In this document: positions 53,691 through 63,374 of the stretch, one piece after another
How the letters are laid out: each line of letters begins with the position of its first letter
Position numbering within the stretch: position 1 is the first letter of the stretch
Source of the DNA: Motilibacteraceae bacterium
GTDB lineage: Bacteria > Actinomycetota > Actinomycetes > Motilibacterales > Motilibacteraceae
NCBI GenBank assembly: GCA_051953655.1
Contig: JBQCIO010000106.1
Coordinates: 8,052-72,051, forward strand
Direction of reading: 5' to 3'
DNA: 64,000 nucleotides
Notes under the pieces: model-generated
Told to the model about the DNA's origin: nothing
The model's database searches: none
The model's input: the letters and a program-made list of their open reading frames with translations, nothing else
Program-made: the position numbers and the translations under genes

Positions 53691-56069
53691 TCAGGCGACG
53701 ACCGGCCGGCTGGCGGCCACCTGCCCCTGGCCGGGCAGCTGCGGCAGCGGCGACGGGCGCTCGTGCCGGGCCTGGTGCACGGCCACCGCGGCGCGGTGGT
53801 AGTCCTCCAGCTCGGCCACGAACGCCGGGTCGACGTAGCGCGCGCCGTCCACGGCCGGGCCCTGGGTGCCCTCGATGACCGCGACGACGTCCTCGCCGGA
53901 CAGCGTGAGCTGGGTCTCCAGGGCGTGGGTGACCGCGAGGACCTCGCGGCGGTTGGCCCGCAGGATCTCCGACGTCCTGTCGTAGAGCTCGCGCAGCTTG
54001 GCCTCGATGGCCTCGCCGGTGGCCGAGTCGTAGGGCAGGTCGCCGAGGTCGACGCCGGAACGCAGCTGCACGCCCATGTTGTGCGCGCGCAGCGTCGAGC
54101 CCATCGCGTGCGAGAGGAAGGCGCGGGTGACGATGGCGGTGGCGTTGGCCATGTCGCCGCCGACGCCCTGGGTGTGGTCGCCGTCGTAGAACAGCCGCTC
54201 GCCGGCAAGGCTGGCCAGGAAGGTCATGACGTCGACCTCGACCTCGCTGCGCCACTCGACGAAGCGCTCCTCCACCGGGATCGGGGAGACGAAGCCGCCG
54301 GTGTCGCCGCGCCGCTCGATGGTGGCGGTGTCGATGATCGAGGACTTCTGCAGCCGGTACATCACGACCGCGTGGCAGGCCTCGTGCAGCGCCACGCTGT
54401 GCCGCTCGCGGTCGACGTAGCTGAAGCCGTCGGCCAGGCCGTGCTCCTTGAGCGAGCGGGCGCGCAGCACGTCGGCGTAGGTGACGGTGTGCCGCCCGTC
54501 GCGCATGGCGGTGATGAGTGCCTCGTTGACGACGTCCTTGATGGTGGCACCGGTGGCGTAGGGCGTGATGGTGGCCAGCCGCTCGATCTGCGCCTCGGTG
54601 AGGTCGTGGTCGACCCGGTCCAGGTAGTTCCGGTAGGTGACGACCCGGCCCTCCTTGGTCGGGTAGCCCACCCGGTAGATCCGGTCGATGCGGCCCGGGC
54701 GCAGCAGCGCCGGGTCCAGCGAGTCGGGCATGTTGGTGGCCATCACCACGAGGATCCGGTACTTGGGCGGCGGCTTGGGCCGCATGCCGAGCACCTTGCG
54801 CAGCGAGCGGTTGAGGAACCCGCGCGGCTTCTTCAGGCCGGACAGCTCGGTGAGCAGCGCCTGCAGGGTGCCGTCGAACGAGCCGCGCCCGCCGTTCATA
54901 CCGCCGGGCATCACGAACTCCGCCTCGGCCCGCGCCATCTCCTGGCGGGTGAGGAAGTCGCGGGTCGGCGCGGAGACGTAACCACGGCCGCCGCACGCGT
55001 GCTCGTCCACCCACGGCGCCGGGCTGCCCATGGCCGCGGCCACCTTGCGCGCGTTGGCCACCGCGCCGCCGCGGCTGCCAAGGGTGTCGGCCTCGTCGAA
55101 GAACACGATGACGCCGCCGTAGCGCAGGGCGAGCTTGCGCAGCTTCCGGAACAGGCCCTTGACCTTGAGGACGCCGACCCCGAAGAACATGTTGATGAAC
55201 GCGCCCGGGTCGACGAAGACGTAGGGCTTGCCGGTCTCGCCGGCCATCGCCTCGGCCATCAGCGTCTTGCCGGTGCCCGGCGGTCCCCACAACAGGATCC
55301 CGCTGGGCACGTAGCCGCCGGCAGCCTCGATCTTCTCGGGGTCCTCCAGGAACACGACGTTCTCGCGAACCTTCTCCAGCACGCGGTCCTGGCCCCACAC
55401 GTCGGTGAACCGGGTGCGGATGTCGTCGGGCATGTAGGTCTCGACGCCGCCGCGGCTGAGGAACCAGAAGATGCCGGCGAACTGCAGGATCCCGAACAGC
55501 AGCGCGAAGGCGAGCTGGAAGGCCAGCGGCAGCGCGGAGTAGACCTTGGTGGGCAGGCTGAACAGGGCGCGCACCGGGGACTGGTGGGTGGCCTTGCCGA
55601 GCACGACCGCGAGCAGCACCACGAACAGCGCGAGCTTGAGGGCCCGGGCCAGCCGGTAGCGGTTCCAGTCGTCGATGCGGTGCGTCAGCCGGTCGGTGCC
55701 CGCGAACAGCCGGTTCCAGCGCCGGTGGTAGCGGGCGGAGCGCTCGGCCACCAGGAAGTGCAGCTGGCGCAGCACCTCCAGCCCGGCCAGCAGCAGCAGC
55801 CACCAGTAGGTGGTGGCGGTGGCGGGCAGCGCCGCGACAGGCGACTCCAGCCCGAGGGACTGGTCGTACTCGTACCACCACAGCACGCCGACGACGACGG
55901 CGAGCAGGAGCAGCAGCTTGGTGCGGTCCCACAGCGCGAGCTTGGGCCGGGTCGGCCGGTCCTCCAGCCGGGGGCGCGAGCCGACCGGACCGGTGTCCGG
56001 CGCGGCCAGGCCGGCCAGCGGGTGCTGCCCCTGCTCCGCCGTGGCCGTGGCGCTCTCGTCGTCGCTCAT
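53691..56069 (-). CDS. atypical FtsH-family AAA+ zinc metalloprotease (4 predicted N-terminal TM helices, insertion in the AAA module)
   Basis: Trimmed from 53691-56168 to the ATG at 56069, which has AGGAG upstream (792 aa). Walker A is [13 protein letters not shown] and Walker B is VIVFFDEADTLG. About 90 aa lie between Walker B and the sensor-1 region ILVVMATNMPDSLDPALLRPGRIDRIY. The M41 motif is ALHEACHAVV (HExxH), and downstream is GERLFYDGDHTQGVGGDMANAT. Confidence 0.8.
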   Translation of the reverse strand: MSDDESATATAEQGQHPLAGLAAPDTGPVGSRPRLEDRPTRPKLALWDRTKLLLLLAVVVGVLWWYEYDQSLGLESPVAALPATATTYWWLLLLAGLEVLRQLHFLVAERSARYHRRWNRLFAGTDRLTHRIDDWNRYRLARALKLALFVVLLAVVLGKATHQSPVRALFSLPTKVYSALPLAFQLAFALLFGILQFAGIFWFLSRGGVETYMPDDIRTRFTDVWGQDRVLEKVRENVVFLEDPEKIEAAGGYVPSGILLWGPPGTGKTLMAEAMAGETGKPYVFVDPGAFINMFFGVGVLKVKGLFRKLRKLALRYGGVIVFFDEADTLGSRGGAVANARKVAAAMGSPAPWVDEHACGGRGYVSAPTRDFLTRQEMARAEAEFVMPGGMNGGRGSFDGTLQALLTELSGLKKPRGFLNRSLRKVLGMRPKPPPKYRILVVMATNMPDSLDPALLRPGRIDRIYRVGYPTKEGRVVTYRNYLDRVDHDLTEAQIERLATITPYATGATIKDVVNEALITAMRDGRHTVTYADVLRARSLKEHGLADGFSYVDRERHSVALHEACHAVVMYRLQKSSIIDTATIERRGDTGGFVSPIPVEERFVEWRSEVEVDVMTFLASLAGERLFYDGDHTQGVGGDMANATAIVTRAFLSHAMGSTLRAHNMGVQLRSGVDLGDLPYDSATGEAIEAKLRELYDRTSEILRANRREVLAVTHALETQLTLSGEDVVAVIEGTQGPAVDGARYVDPAFVAELEDYHRAAVAVHQARHERPSPLPQLPGQGQVAASRPVVA

Positions 56070-56092
56070 GCTCGCTCCTGCCCTGATTCCGC

Positions 56093-56887
56093 TCAGTCCC
56101 GGATCCGCAGCGACGTCGCGACGTCGTCGATGACGCTGCGCTGCTCCTGCCAGCAGGCGACCGAGCACCGCACCCGCAACGTGTAGGCCTTGTCCTTCTT
56201 CTGGTCGACCACCACCGTCTGGTCGATCACCATCGGCTTCTCGCCGCCGAGCTGGACGACCATGACGTCGCGCGCCCCGACCCGGCTGCCGCCGGACAGG
56301 TCGGTGTCCTTCACGACCCCCAGCACGAGGCCGGGCAACGAGGTCTGGTGCAGCACCGGGCCGCCGGCGAAGGCGGGGCCGGAGGAGCGGCCGGCAAGGG
56401 CGGTCGCACTGGTCGTGGTGGTCGTGGCCGGAGTGGTCGTGGCGGTGCCGGAGGCCGCGGTGAGGTCAGCGGTGAGCGCGTCGGTGACCGGCACGAAGGC
56501 GTCACGCGCGGTGTCCGGGGTCATCGCGGCGGCGTCGGCGGCGCTGAGCGGGTAGACGCGCACGAGCACCACCGGGTGGTCGGTGGCCTCGGGGGTCAGC
56601 ACGTCGGCCGCATCGGTGCCGCGGCGCGCGGCGTAGGCGACCTGGTAGTCGACCGTCACCTCGGGCAGGCTGCCGGCCACCTGCTTGTTCGCCCTGGCGA
56701 CGGCCCGCTCCAGGTCGGCGGCGGTGTACTGCTGCCAGGACCAGGGCACCCGGAACGCCATGCCGGTCCCGGTGTTCGACGACACGCGGTAGGAGGGCGC
56801 GGCGCAGGCGGCCAGCGGCACCACGGTGGCCGCCGCGGCGACCCACGCCGCGCGTCGCACCGCCCCGCCGCGTGCCCGAGCGGACAC
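56093..56887 (-). CDS. hypothetical lipoprotein
   Basis: This is part of track ORF 56093-57040. It has a lipobox, AATVVPLAAC|AAPS. The likely start is GTG 56887 (ATG 56968 is possible). It has a Thr-rich linker (TATTTPATTTTTSAT). I recognise no family. It lies 24 nt upstream of the FtsH-like gene. Confidence 0.55.
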   Translation of the reverse strand: MSARARGGAVRRAAWVAAAATVVPLAACAAPSYRVSSNTGTGMAFRVPWSWQQYTAADLERAVARANKQVAGSLPEVTVDYQVAYAARRGTDAADVLTPEATDHPVVLVRVYPLSAADAAAMTPDTARDAFVPVTDALTADLTAASGTATTTPATTTTTSATALAGRSSGPAFAGGPVLHQTSLPGLVLGVVKDTDLSGGSRVGARDVMVVQLGGEKPMVIDQTVVVDQKKDKAYTLRVRCSVACWQEQRSVIDDVATSLRIRD

Positions 56888-57076
56888 CCACCCTCCAGCT
56901 CCCGCCCCGGCCCCTGCGGCCTCGCGAGGATCTGAGTATGGACCGCGCCGCGGTGATCCGCCCGCCATCCGTCCGAGCGTTGGACAGCCGCTGCGCGGGG
57001 CGTCTGCAGCACCCGGACGGCCGAACGCCCACCGCGACACGAGGTCGCGATGGGCGTCCAGGCCGATGCGCTCGGT

Positions 57077-58876
57077 TCAGTTGCGCTGGTCGTCCGCCAG
57101 GGTCTCGCGGTCGGGCCGGAACCCGCCCGGCGCGTGCCCCTCGGGCTTGGCGTCGATGCCGGCCTCCTTGCGCTGCTCCGGCGTGATCGGCGTCGGCGCG
57201 GAGGTCAGCGGGTCGTAGCCGGCCCCGGTCTTGGGGAACGCGATGACCTCGCGCAGCGAGTCGGCCCCGGCCAGCAGCATGCAGACCCGGTCCCAGCCGA
57301 AGGCGATGCCGCCGTGCGGCGGCGGACCGTACTGGAAGGCGTCGAGCAGGAAGCCGAACTTCTCCTGCGCCTCCTCGGAGGTGAGCCCGATGACGTCGAA
57401 CACCCGCTGCTGCATCTCGCGGCGGTGGATACGGATGGATCCGCCGCCGATCTCGTTGCCGTTGCAGACGATGTCGTAGGCGTAGGCCAGCGCCTCACCC
57501 GGCGCGTCCTGGAAGCGGTCGGCCCACTCGGCGTTGGGCGAGGTGAACGGGTGGTGCACGGCGGTCCAGCCGCCCTCGCCGTCCTCCTCGAACATCGGCG
57601 CGTCGACGACCCACAGGAACGACCACTGCGACTCGTCGATGAGCCCGCAGCGCCGGCCGATCTCCAGCCGGGCCGCGCCGAGCAGCGCGAGGGCGTCGTT
57701 CCGCTTGCCGGCGGCGAAGAACACCGCGTCGCCAGGCTGGGCGCCGACGTGCTCGGCGACCCGGGCCCGCTCGTCGTCGCTGATGTTCTTGGCCACCGGG
57801 CCGGTCAGCTCGCCGTCGGGCTGCACCAGGACGTAGGCAAGCCCCTTGGCGCCGCGGGCCTTGGCCCAGTCCTGCCAGCCGTCGAGCTCCTTGCGGGTCT
57901 GCCCCGCACCGCCGGGCATGACCACCGCGCCGACGTGCCCGCCGGACTCGACCGCCGCGGCGAACACCCGGAACGGCGTGGCCTTGAAGAACTCCGTGCA
58001 GTCCACGAGTTCTTGTCCGAACCGGTTGTCCGGCTTGTCGCTGCCGTAGCGCGACATCGCCTCGGCGTAGGTCAGGCGCGGCATCTCGCCGATCTCGTAG
58101 TCCAGGACGCCCTTCCACAGGGCGCGGACCACGGCCTCGCCGACCTCGATGACGTCGTCCTCCTCCACGAAGGACATCTCGATGTCGAGCTGGGTGAACT
58201 CGGGCTGGCGGTCCTTGCGGAAGTCCTCGTCCCGGTAGCAGCGGGCGATCTGGTAGTACCGCTCCAGGCCGCCGACCATGAGCAGCTGCTTGAACAGCTG
58301 CGGCGACTGCGGCAGGGCGTACCACTTGCCCGGCTGAAGGCGCACCGGGACCAGGAAGTCGCGCGCGCCCTCCGGGGTGGAGCGGGTGAGGGTGGGCGTC
58401 TCGATCTCGACGAACTCGCGCTGGGCCAGCACCTCGCGGGCGATCCGGCTGACCTCGCTGCGCATCCGGATGGCGCGGGCCGGACCCTGGCGGCGCAGGT
58501 CGAGGTAGCGGTAGCGCAGCCGCACCTCGTCGCCGACCTCGAGGTGCTCGTCGAGCGGGAACGGCAGCGGCGCGCTCTCGGACAGCACGTCGAGGGTCTC
58601 GACGACGACCTCCACCTCGCCGGTGGGGATGTTGGCGTTCTCGTTGCCCTCGGGGCGGCGCTGCACGGTGCCGGTGACCTTGACGCAGTACTCCGCGCGC
58701 AGCTCGTGCGCGGTGTCGGCGTCGCGGACGACCACCTGCACCACGCCGGAGGCGTCGCGCAGGTCCAGGAAGGCGACCCCGCCGTGGTCGCGGCGGCGGG
58801 CGACCCAGCCGGCCAGGGTGACGGTGGTGCCGGCGTCCTGCGCACGCAGGGAGCCGGCGGTGCGGGTGCGGATCAC
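57077..58876 (-). CDS. aspS: aspartate--tRNA ligase
   Basis: 599 aa. It reads [31 protein letters not shown] and contains [23 protein letters not shown] and GGGSIRIH. Its GTG start overlaps the hisS stop (GTGA). Confidence 0.96.
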   Translation of the reverse strand: MIRTRTAGSLRAQDAGTTVTLAGWVARRRDHGGVAFLDLRDASGVVQVVVRDADTAHELRAEYCVKVTGTVQRRPEGNENANIPTGEVEVVVETLDVLSESAPLPFPLDEHLEVGDEVRLRYRYLDLRRQGPARAIRMRSEVSRIAREVLAQREFVEIETPTLTRSTPEGARDFLVPVRLQPGKWYALPQSPQLFKQLLMVGGLERYYQIARCYRDEDFRKDRQPEFTQLDIEMSFVEEDDVIEVGEAVVRALWKGVLDYEIGEMPRLTYAEAMSRYGSDKPDNRFGQELVDCTEFFKATPFRVFAAAVESGGHVGAVVMPGGAGQTRKELDGWQDWAKARGAKGLAYVLVQPDGELTGPVAKNISDDERARVAEHVGAQPGDAVFFAAGKRNDALALLGAARLEIGRRCGLIDESQWSFLWVVDAPMFEEDGEGGWTAVHHPFTSPNAEWADRFQDAPGEALAYAYDIVCNGNEIGGGSIRIHRREMQQRVFDVIGLTSEEAQEKFGFLLDAFQYGPPPHGGIAFGWDRVCMLLAGADSLREVIAFPKTGAGYDPLTSAPTPITPEQRKEAGIDAKPEGHAPGGFRPDRETLADDQRN

Positions 58877-60228
58877 GAGCTCTTCTTCTCCTGAGTCTCC
58901 CCGACCCTGCTCACGAGGGCCGGCACGGCGGAGTCCAGCGGCACGGCTTCCTGCTCGCCGGACGCGAGGTCCTTGACCTGGGCGTTGCCGCCCTCGAGAT
59001 CTCGCTCGCCGAGCACGAGCGCGAACCGGGCGCCGCTGCGGTCAGCCGCCTTCATCGCCCCCTTGAGCCCGCGGTCGCCGTAGGCGACGTCGACCCGCAC
59101 GCCCGCGCGGCGCAGCTGCGCGGCCATCACGACCACCCGGTCCTTGGCCGCAGCGCCCAGCGGCACCAGGAAGACGTCGACGCGGCTCTGCTCCCCCACC
59201 GCCAGGCCCTCGGCCCGGCAGGCCAGCAGGGTGCGGTCGGTGCCCAGCCCGAAGCCGATGCCGGAGAGCGACTGACCGCCCAGCTCGGCCATCAGGCCGT
59301 CGTAGCGCCCGCCGCCGCCGATCCCGGACTGCGAGCCCAGGCCGTCGTGGACGAACTCGAAGGTGGTGCGGGTGTAGTAGTCCAGCCCCCGCACCATGCG
59401 CGGGTTGAGCACGTAGGCCACGCCGAGGGCGTCGAGGTGGGCACGCACCGCCGCGAAGTGCTCGGCGCATGCCTCGCACAGGTGATCGAGCATGAGGGGG
59501 GCGTCGGCGAGCTGGCGGCGCACGTCCTCGCGCTTGTCGTCGAGCACCCGCAGCGGGTTCAGCTCGGCGCGAGCGCGGGTGGCCTCGTCCAGGTCCAGCC
59601 CGCGCAGGAACTCCACCAGCAGCTCGCGGTAGGCCGGACGGCAGGCGGGGTCGCCGAGACTGGTGAGCTCGAGCCGGTAGCCGGTGAGGCCGAGGGAGCG
59701 GTAGCCCTCGTCGGCGATGGCGACGACCTCGGCGTCCAGCGCCGGGTCGTCCACACCCACGGCCTCCACGCCGACCTGGTGGAACTGGCGGTACCGGCCG
59801 GCCTGCGGGCGCTCGGCGCGGAACTGCGGGCCGGCGTACCAGAGCTTGACCGGCAGCTGGCCGCGGTCCAGCCCGTGCTCGATGACGCCGCGGATGACGC
59901 CGGCGGTGCCCTCCGGGCGCAGGGTGATGGACCGCCCGCCACGGTCCTCGAACGTGTACATCTCCTTGCTCACGACGTCGGTGCTCTCGCCGACGCCGCG
60001 CACGAACAGCCCGGTGTCCTCGAACACCGGCAGCTCGGCGTAGCCGTAACCGGCCCGGCGGGCCGGGCCGGAGAGCGCCTCGCGCACCGCGAGGAACGCG
60101 GTGGACTCGGGCGGGAAGTACTCCGCGACGCCCTTGGGTGCGCGGAACTGCGCCGACTGGGTGTGCTGCTGGGGCTTGTCGACGCTCGGCGCAGCGGTCT
60201 GCTCCGGAGCGGTCGCCTGCTCGGTCAT
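58873..60228 (-). CDS. hisS: histidine--tRNA ligase
   Basis: Trimmed from 58873-60873 to the ATG at 60228 (451 aa). It contains [51 protein letters not shown] and GGGRYDGL. Confidence 0.95.
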   Translation of the reverse strand: MTEQATAPEQTAAPSVDKPQQHTQSAQFRAPKGVAEYFPPESTAFLAVREALSGPARRAGYGYAELPVFEDTGLFVRGVGESTDVVSKEMYTFEDRGGRSITLRPEGTAGVIRGVIEHGLDRGQLPVKLWYAGPQFRAERPQAGRYRQFHQVGVEAVGVDDPALDAEVVAIADEGYRSLGLTGYRLELTSLGDPACRPAYRELLVEFLRGLDLDEATRARAELNPLRVLDDKREDVRRQLADAPLMLDHLCEACAEHFAAVRAHLDALGVAYVLNPRMVRGLDYYTRTTFEFVHDGLGSQSGIGGGGRYDGLMAELGGQSLSGIGFGLGTDRTLLACRAEGLAVGEQSRVDVFLVPLGAAAKDRVVVMAAQLRRAGVRVDVAYGDRGLKGAMKAADRSGARFALVLGERDLEGGNAQVKDLASGEQEAVPLDSAVPALVSRVGETQEKKSS

Positions 60229-60230
60229 GC

Positions 60231-60947
60231 TCACAGTCCTCGGGTGGGAGCGGCCGGGGCGCCCTCCCCCTCCTGCAGCTCGCGCAGGAACGGGTTGGTG
60301 GCGCGCTCGCGGCCGATGGTGGTCCGGTCGCCGTGGCCGGGCAGGACGAGGACGTCGTCGGGCAGCGGCAGGACCTTGGTGGCCAGGCTGCGCAGCATCG
60401 TCGCGGTGTCCCCGCCCGGCAGGTCGGTGCGTCCGATGCTGCCCGCGAACAGGACGTCGCCGGAGAAGCACAGCTGGCTGGCCTCGTCCGCGCTCGCCTG
60501 CTCGCCCGGCAGCCGGAACATCACCGACCCCCTGGTATGGCCGGGGGCGTGGTCGACGGTGATCTCCAGCCCGGCCAGGTGCAGCACCGCGCCGTCGTCC
60601 ATGCTGCGGACGTCGTCGGGCTCGCTCCAGGTGAGCTGGCCCATCATCGCCTGCAGCTGCGGGCCCATGCCCTTGGCCGGGTCCGCAAGCAGCTCGGCGT
60701 CGTCGGGGTGGATGAAGGCCGGCACGTCGCGGGCGCCGCAGACCGGGGTGACCGAGAAGGTGTGGTCGAGGTGCCCGTGGGTGAGCAGCACGGCCACCGG
60801 GCGCAGCCGGTGCTCGGCCAGCACCGCGTCCAGCTGCGGGACGACCTCGATGCCGGGGTCGACGACCACGCACTCCTCACCGGCACCGGGAGCGACGACG
60901 TAGCAGTTCGTGCCGAACGCTCTGGCGGGGAACCCGGCGACGAGCAC
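60231..60947 (-). CDS. MBL-fold metallo-hydrolase (glyoxalase II-like)
   Basis: Trimmed from 60231-61070 to GTG 60947, which has GAGG upstream. It reads [21 protein letters not shown] and has the metal motif [12 protein letters not shown], then HAPGHTRGS and LPGHG. Confidence 0.85.
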   Translation of the reverse strand: MLVAGFPARAFGTNCYVVAPGAGEECVVVDPGIEVVPQLDAVLAEHRLRPVAVLLTHGHLDHTFSVTPVCGARDVPAFIHPDDAELLADPAKGMGPQLQAMMGQLTWSEPDDVRSMDDGAVLHLAGLEITVDHAPGHTRGSVMFRLPGEQASADEASQLCFSGDVLFAGSIGRTDLPGGDTATMLRSLATKVLPLPDDVLVLPGHGDRTTIGRERATNPFLRELQEGEGAPAAPTRGL

Positions 60948-61125
60948 GCGTACGACCTCGCTGTCCGTGACGGCCCGCCTGCGCTGGGGCGGCGGGGAAG
61001 GGGGCGACCGACCGTCCGAGCCTACCGGCGCGGCGCGAGCCGGGGCGAACGAGAACGAGCCGCTGCGCACCTAGACTGCCCAGACCGGCGGCCGGGACCT
61101 GCCGGCGTGCGTCGAGGAGGGGTAC

Positions 61126-61923
61126 GTGGCGAGCAAGGACCGCGAGCGCGAGCTCGCGCGGGCCAAGTTCGAGCGCCAGCAGGCGCGCCGGGCCGAGCGG
61201 GCCCGCCGGCGGCGGCGCAACAACATCGTGGCCGCGGTGGCCGGCGTCGTCGTCGTCGCCCTGGTGGGCGTGGTCGTCTACGCCCTCAACCGCGGCTCGG
61301 ACACCACCACCACCCCCGCGGCGGCCGGCTCCCCCTCGCCCAGCGCCGCCTCGTGCACCTTCACCGCGGGCGGCACCCCGGCCAAGGGAGGCAGCGCGCT
61401 GGGCCGCCCGGCCGACGGACCTGCCGGCAACGAGCCGGGCTACACGGCCACGCTGGACACGAATGTGGGAACCATCGCGTTCACCGCGCTCACCGACAAG
61501 GCGCCGTGCGCCACCCGCAGCTTCGCCTACCTGGCCGGCAAGAACTACTTCGACGGCACGCCCTGCCACCGCCTCACCACCAGCGGCATCTACGTGCTGC
61601 AGTGCGGCGACCCCAGCGGCACCGGCTCGGGCGGGCCCGGCTACAGCTTCGGTGACGAGAACCTGCCCACGGCCTCGGGCAGCACCGCGGTCTACAAGGC
61701 CGGCACGGTGGCGATGGCCAACAGCGGCCCGTCCACCAACGGGAGCCAGTTCTTCCTGGTCTACAAGGACAGTCCGCTCCCGCCCGACTACACGGTCTTC
61801 GGCACCATCACCCAGGGCCTCGACGTCGTGACCAAGGTCGCGGCGGCAGGTGTCGCCGGGGGTGGCGGAGACGGGGCACCGCAGGACAAGGTGACCATCA
61901 AGACCGTGTCGATCTCCAAGTGA
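61126..61923 (+). CDS. membrane-anchored peptidyl-prolyl cis-trans isomerase (cyclophilin type)
   Basis: 265 aa with a basic N-terminus, a TM (IVAAVAGVVVVALVGVVVYAL), and the cyclophilin core FDGTPCHRLT...LQCGDPSGTGSGGPGYSF.DE...GTVAMANSGPSTNGSQFFLV. Confidence 0.9.
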   Translation: MASKDRERELARAKFERQQARRAERARRRRRNNIVAAVAGVVVVALVGVVVYALNRGSDTTTTPAAAGSPSPSAASCTFTAGGTPAKGGSALGRPADGPAGNEPGYTATLDTNVGTIAFTALTDKAPCATRSFAYLAGKNYFDGTPCHRLTTSGIYVLQCGDPSGTGSGGPGYSFGDENLPTASGSTAVYKAGTVAMANSGPSTNGSQFFLVYKDSPLPPDYTVFGTITQGLDVVTKVAAAGVAGGGGDGAPQDKVTIKTVSISK

Positions 61924-61949
61924 CGATCTCGAAGGCGTGAGGACGAGCG

Positions 61950-63179
61950 TTGAGCACTGACGAGTGGGGGCGGGTCGACGAGACCGGCGCCGTCTGGGTC
62001 CGCACTTCCGCCGGCGAGCGGTCGGTCGGCTCCTACCCGGGCGCCACGCCCGAGGAGGCGCTGGCCTACTTCGGCCGCAAGTACGACGAGCTGGCCGGGC
62101 AGGTCTCCCTGCTCGAGCAGCGGGTGCGGGGCACGGACCTGCCGGCCAAGGAGGCCACCGGGCTCATCGACAAGCTGCGCGCCGCCGTCACCGAGGCGCA
62201 CGCGGTCGGCGACCTCGACGGCCTCGCCGCGCGCCTGGACGCGCTGCGCCCCATCGTCGCTGCCCGGCAGGCCGAGCAGGACACCGCCCGGAGCAAGGCG
62301 CGCGAGGCGGCCCGCGAGCGCAAGGAGGCCATCGTCGCCGAGGCCGAGCAGCTGGCCGAGTCCACCCAGTGGAAGTCGACCGGCGAGCGCCTGCGCGCGC
62401 TGCTGGACGAGTGGAAGGCCGCCCCGCGGCTGGACCGCAAGACCGACGACGAGCTGTGGAAGCGGTTCAGCGCCGCCCGCAACGGCTTCGACAAGAAGCG
62501 CCGGCACCACTTCGCCACGCTCGACGCGCAGCGGGACGAGGCGAAGGCCAGCAAGGAGGCCATCGTCGCCGAGGCCGAGGAGCTGTCGACGTCGACCGAG
62601 TGGGGCGCCACCGCGTCGCGCTACCGCGACCTGATGACCCGCTGGAAGGCGGCCGGCCGCGCCGGCAAGAGCGAGGAGGAGGCGCTGTGGCAGCGCTTCC
62701 GCGCCGCGCAGGACGTCTTCTTCGCCGCCCGCTCGGCCACGTTCGCCGAGCGCGACGGCGAGCAGGCCGAGAACCTCAAGGCCAAGGAGGCGCTGGTCGT
62801 CGAGGCCGAGGCGCTGCTGCCGGTCAGCGACCTGCGCGCGGCCCGCGCCGCGCTGCGCGGCATCCACGAGCGCTGGGAGGCCATCGGGCACGTCCCGCGC
62901 GACGCCCGCCCGCGGATCGAGGGCCGGTTGCGCGCCGTCGAGGACGCCGTCCGCCACGCCGAGGAGGCCGAGTGGCGACGCACCAACCCCGAGGCCCGCG
63001 CCCGCGCCGAGGCCACCGTGGCCCAGCTCGAGGACTCCATCGCCAAGCTGGAGCGGGACCGCGACACCGCCCGCGCCGCCGGCCAGGACCGCAAGGCCGC
63101 CGACGCCGAGGCGGCCATCGAGGCCCGACGCAGCTGGCTCGCCGAAGCCCAGAAGACCCTGGCCGAGTTCACCCGGTGA
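61950..63179 (+). CDS. DUF349 repeat protein
   Basis: 409 aa with a TTG start. It has repeated about 75-aa helical units with the W..W/LW.RF motif (LLDEWKAAPRLDRKTDDELWKRFSAARNGFDKKRRHHF, LMTRWKAAGRAGKSEEEALWQRFRAAQDVFF, and IHERWEAIGHVPRD). Confidence 0.85.
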   Translation: MSTDEWGRVDETGAVWVRTSAGERSVGSYPGATPEEALAYFGRKYDELAGQVSLLEQRVRGTDLPAKEATGLIDKLRAAVTEAHAVGDLDGLAARLDALRPIVAARQAEQDTARSKAREAARERKEAIVAEAEQLAESTQWKSTGERLRALLDEWKAAPRLDRKTDDELWKRFSAARNGFDKKRRHHFATLDAQRDEAKASKEAIVAEAEELSTSTEWGATASRYRDLMTRWKAAGRAGKSEEEALWQRFRAAQDVFFAARSATFAERDGEQAENLKAKEALVVEAEALLPVSDLRAARAALRGIHERWEAIGHVPRDARPRIEGRLRAVEDAVRHAEEAEWRRTNPEARARAEATVAQLEDSIAKLERDRDTARAAGQDRKAADAEAAIEARRSWLAEAQKTLAEFTR

Positions 63180-63374
63180 CCCCGCCCCTCCCGCTGGTGA
63201 TCATGCACAAGATGTAGATCACCTCGCCGGCACCGGCGTCCTCCGACGCTGCCCGCCTCCTCGAGGGAACCGATCGAGCCGCTGCGACGACGAAGGTAGG
63301 GACAGACCGACCTCCCTCAGGGGGGCACCGAGCAGCGGGCCCGAAGGTTGGACCCGCACGGAGCCGGGAGCGGC

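Noticed and set aside
53500-56186. Two long alternative ORFs (53500-55932 minus, 53604-56186 plus) overlapping the FtsH-like gene
   Set aside because: Only the 53691-56069 minus frame carries Walker A/B, the PGRIDR and HExxH motifs. The other two are Arg/Pro/Gly-rich shadows.
63180-63374. The 195-nt leader upstream of the cell-wall-binding-repeat gene as a ydaO (c-di-AMP) riboswitch
   Set aside because: It contains GGTAGGG, CCCGAA and two GAGGGAACCGA/GGGGGCACCGA-like boxes. ydaO elements are often found before actinobacterial cell-wall genes. However, the order of the boxes does not match the ydaO consensus as I recall it, and I could not draw the pseudo-symmetric fold. It is left as an unexplained leader. 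A cmsearch with RF00379 would settle it.
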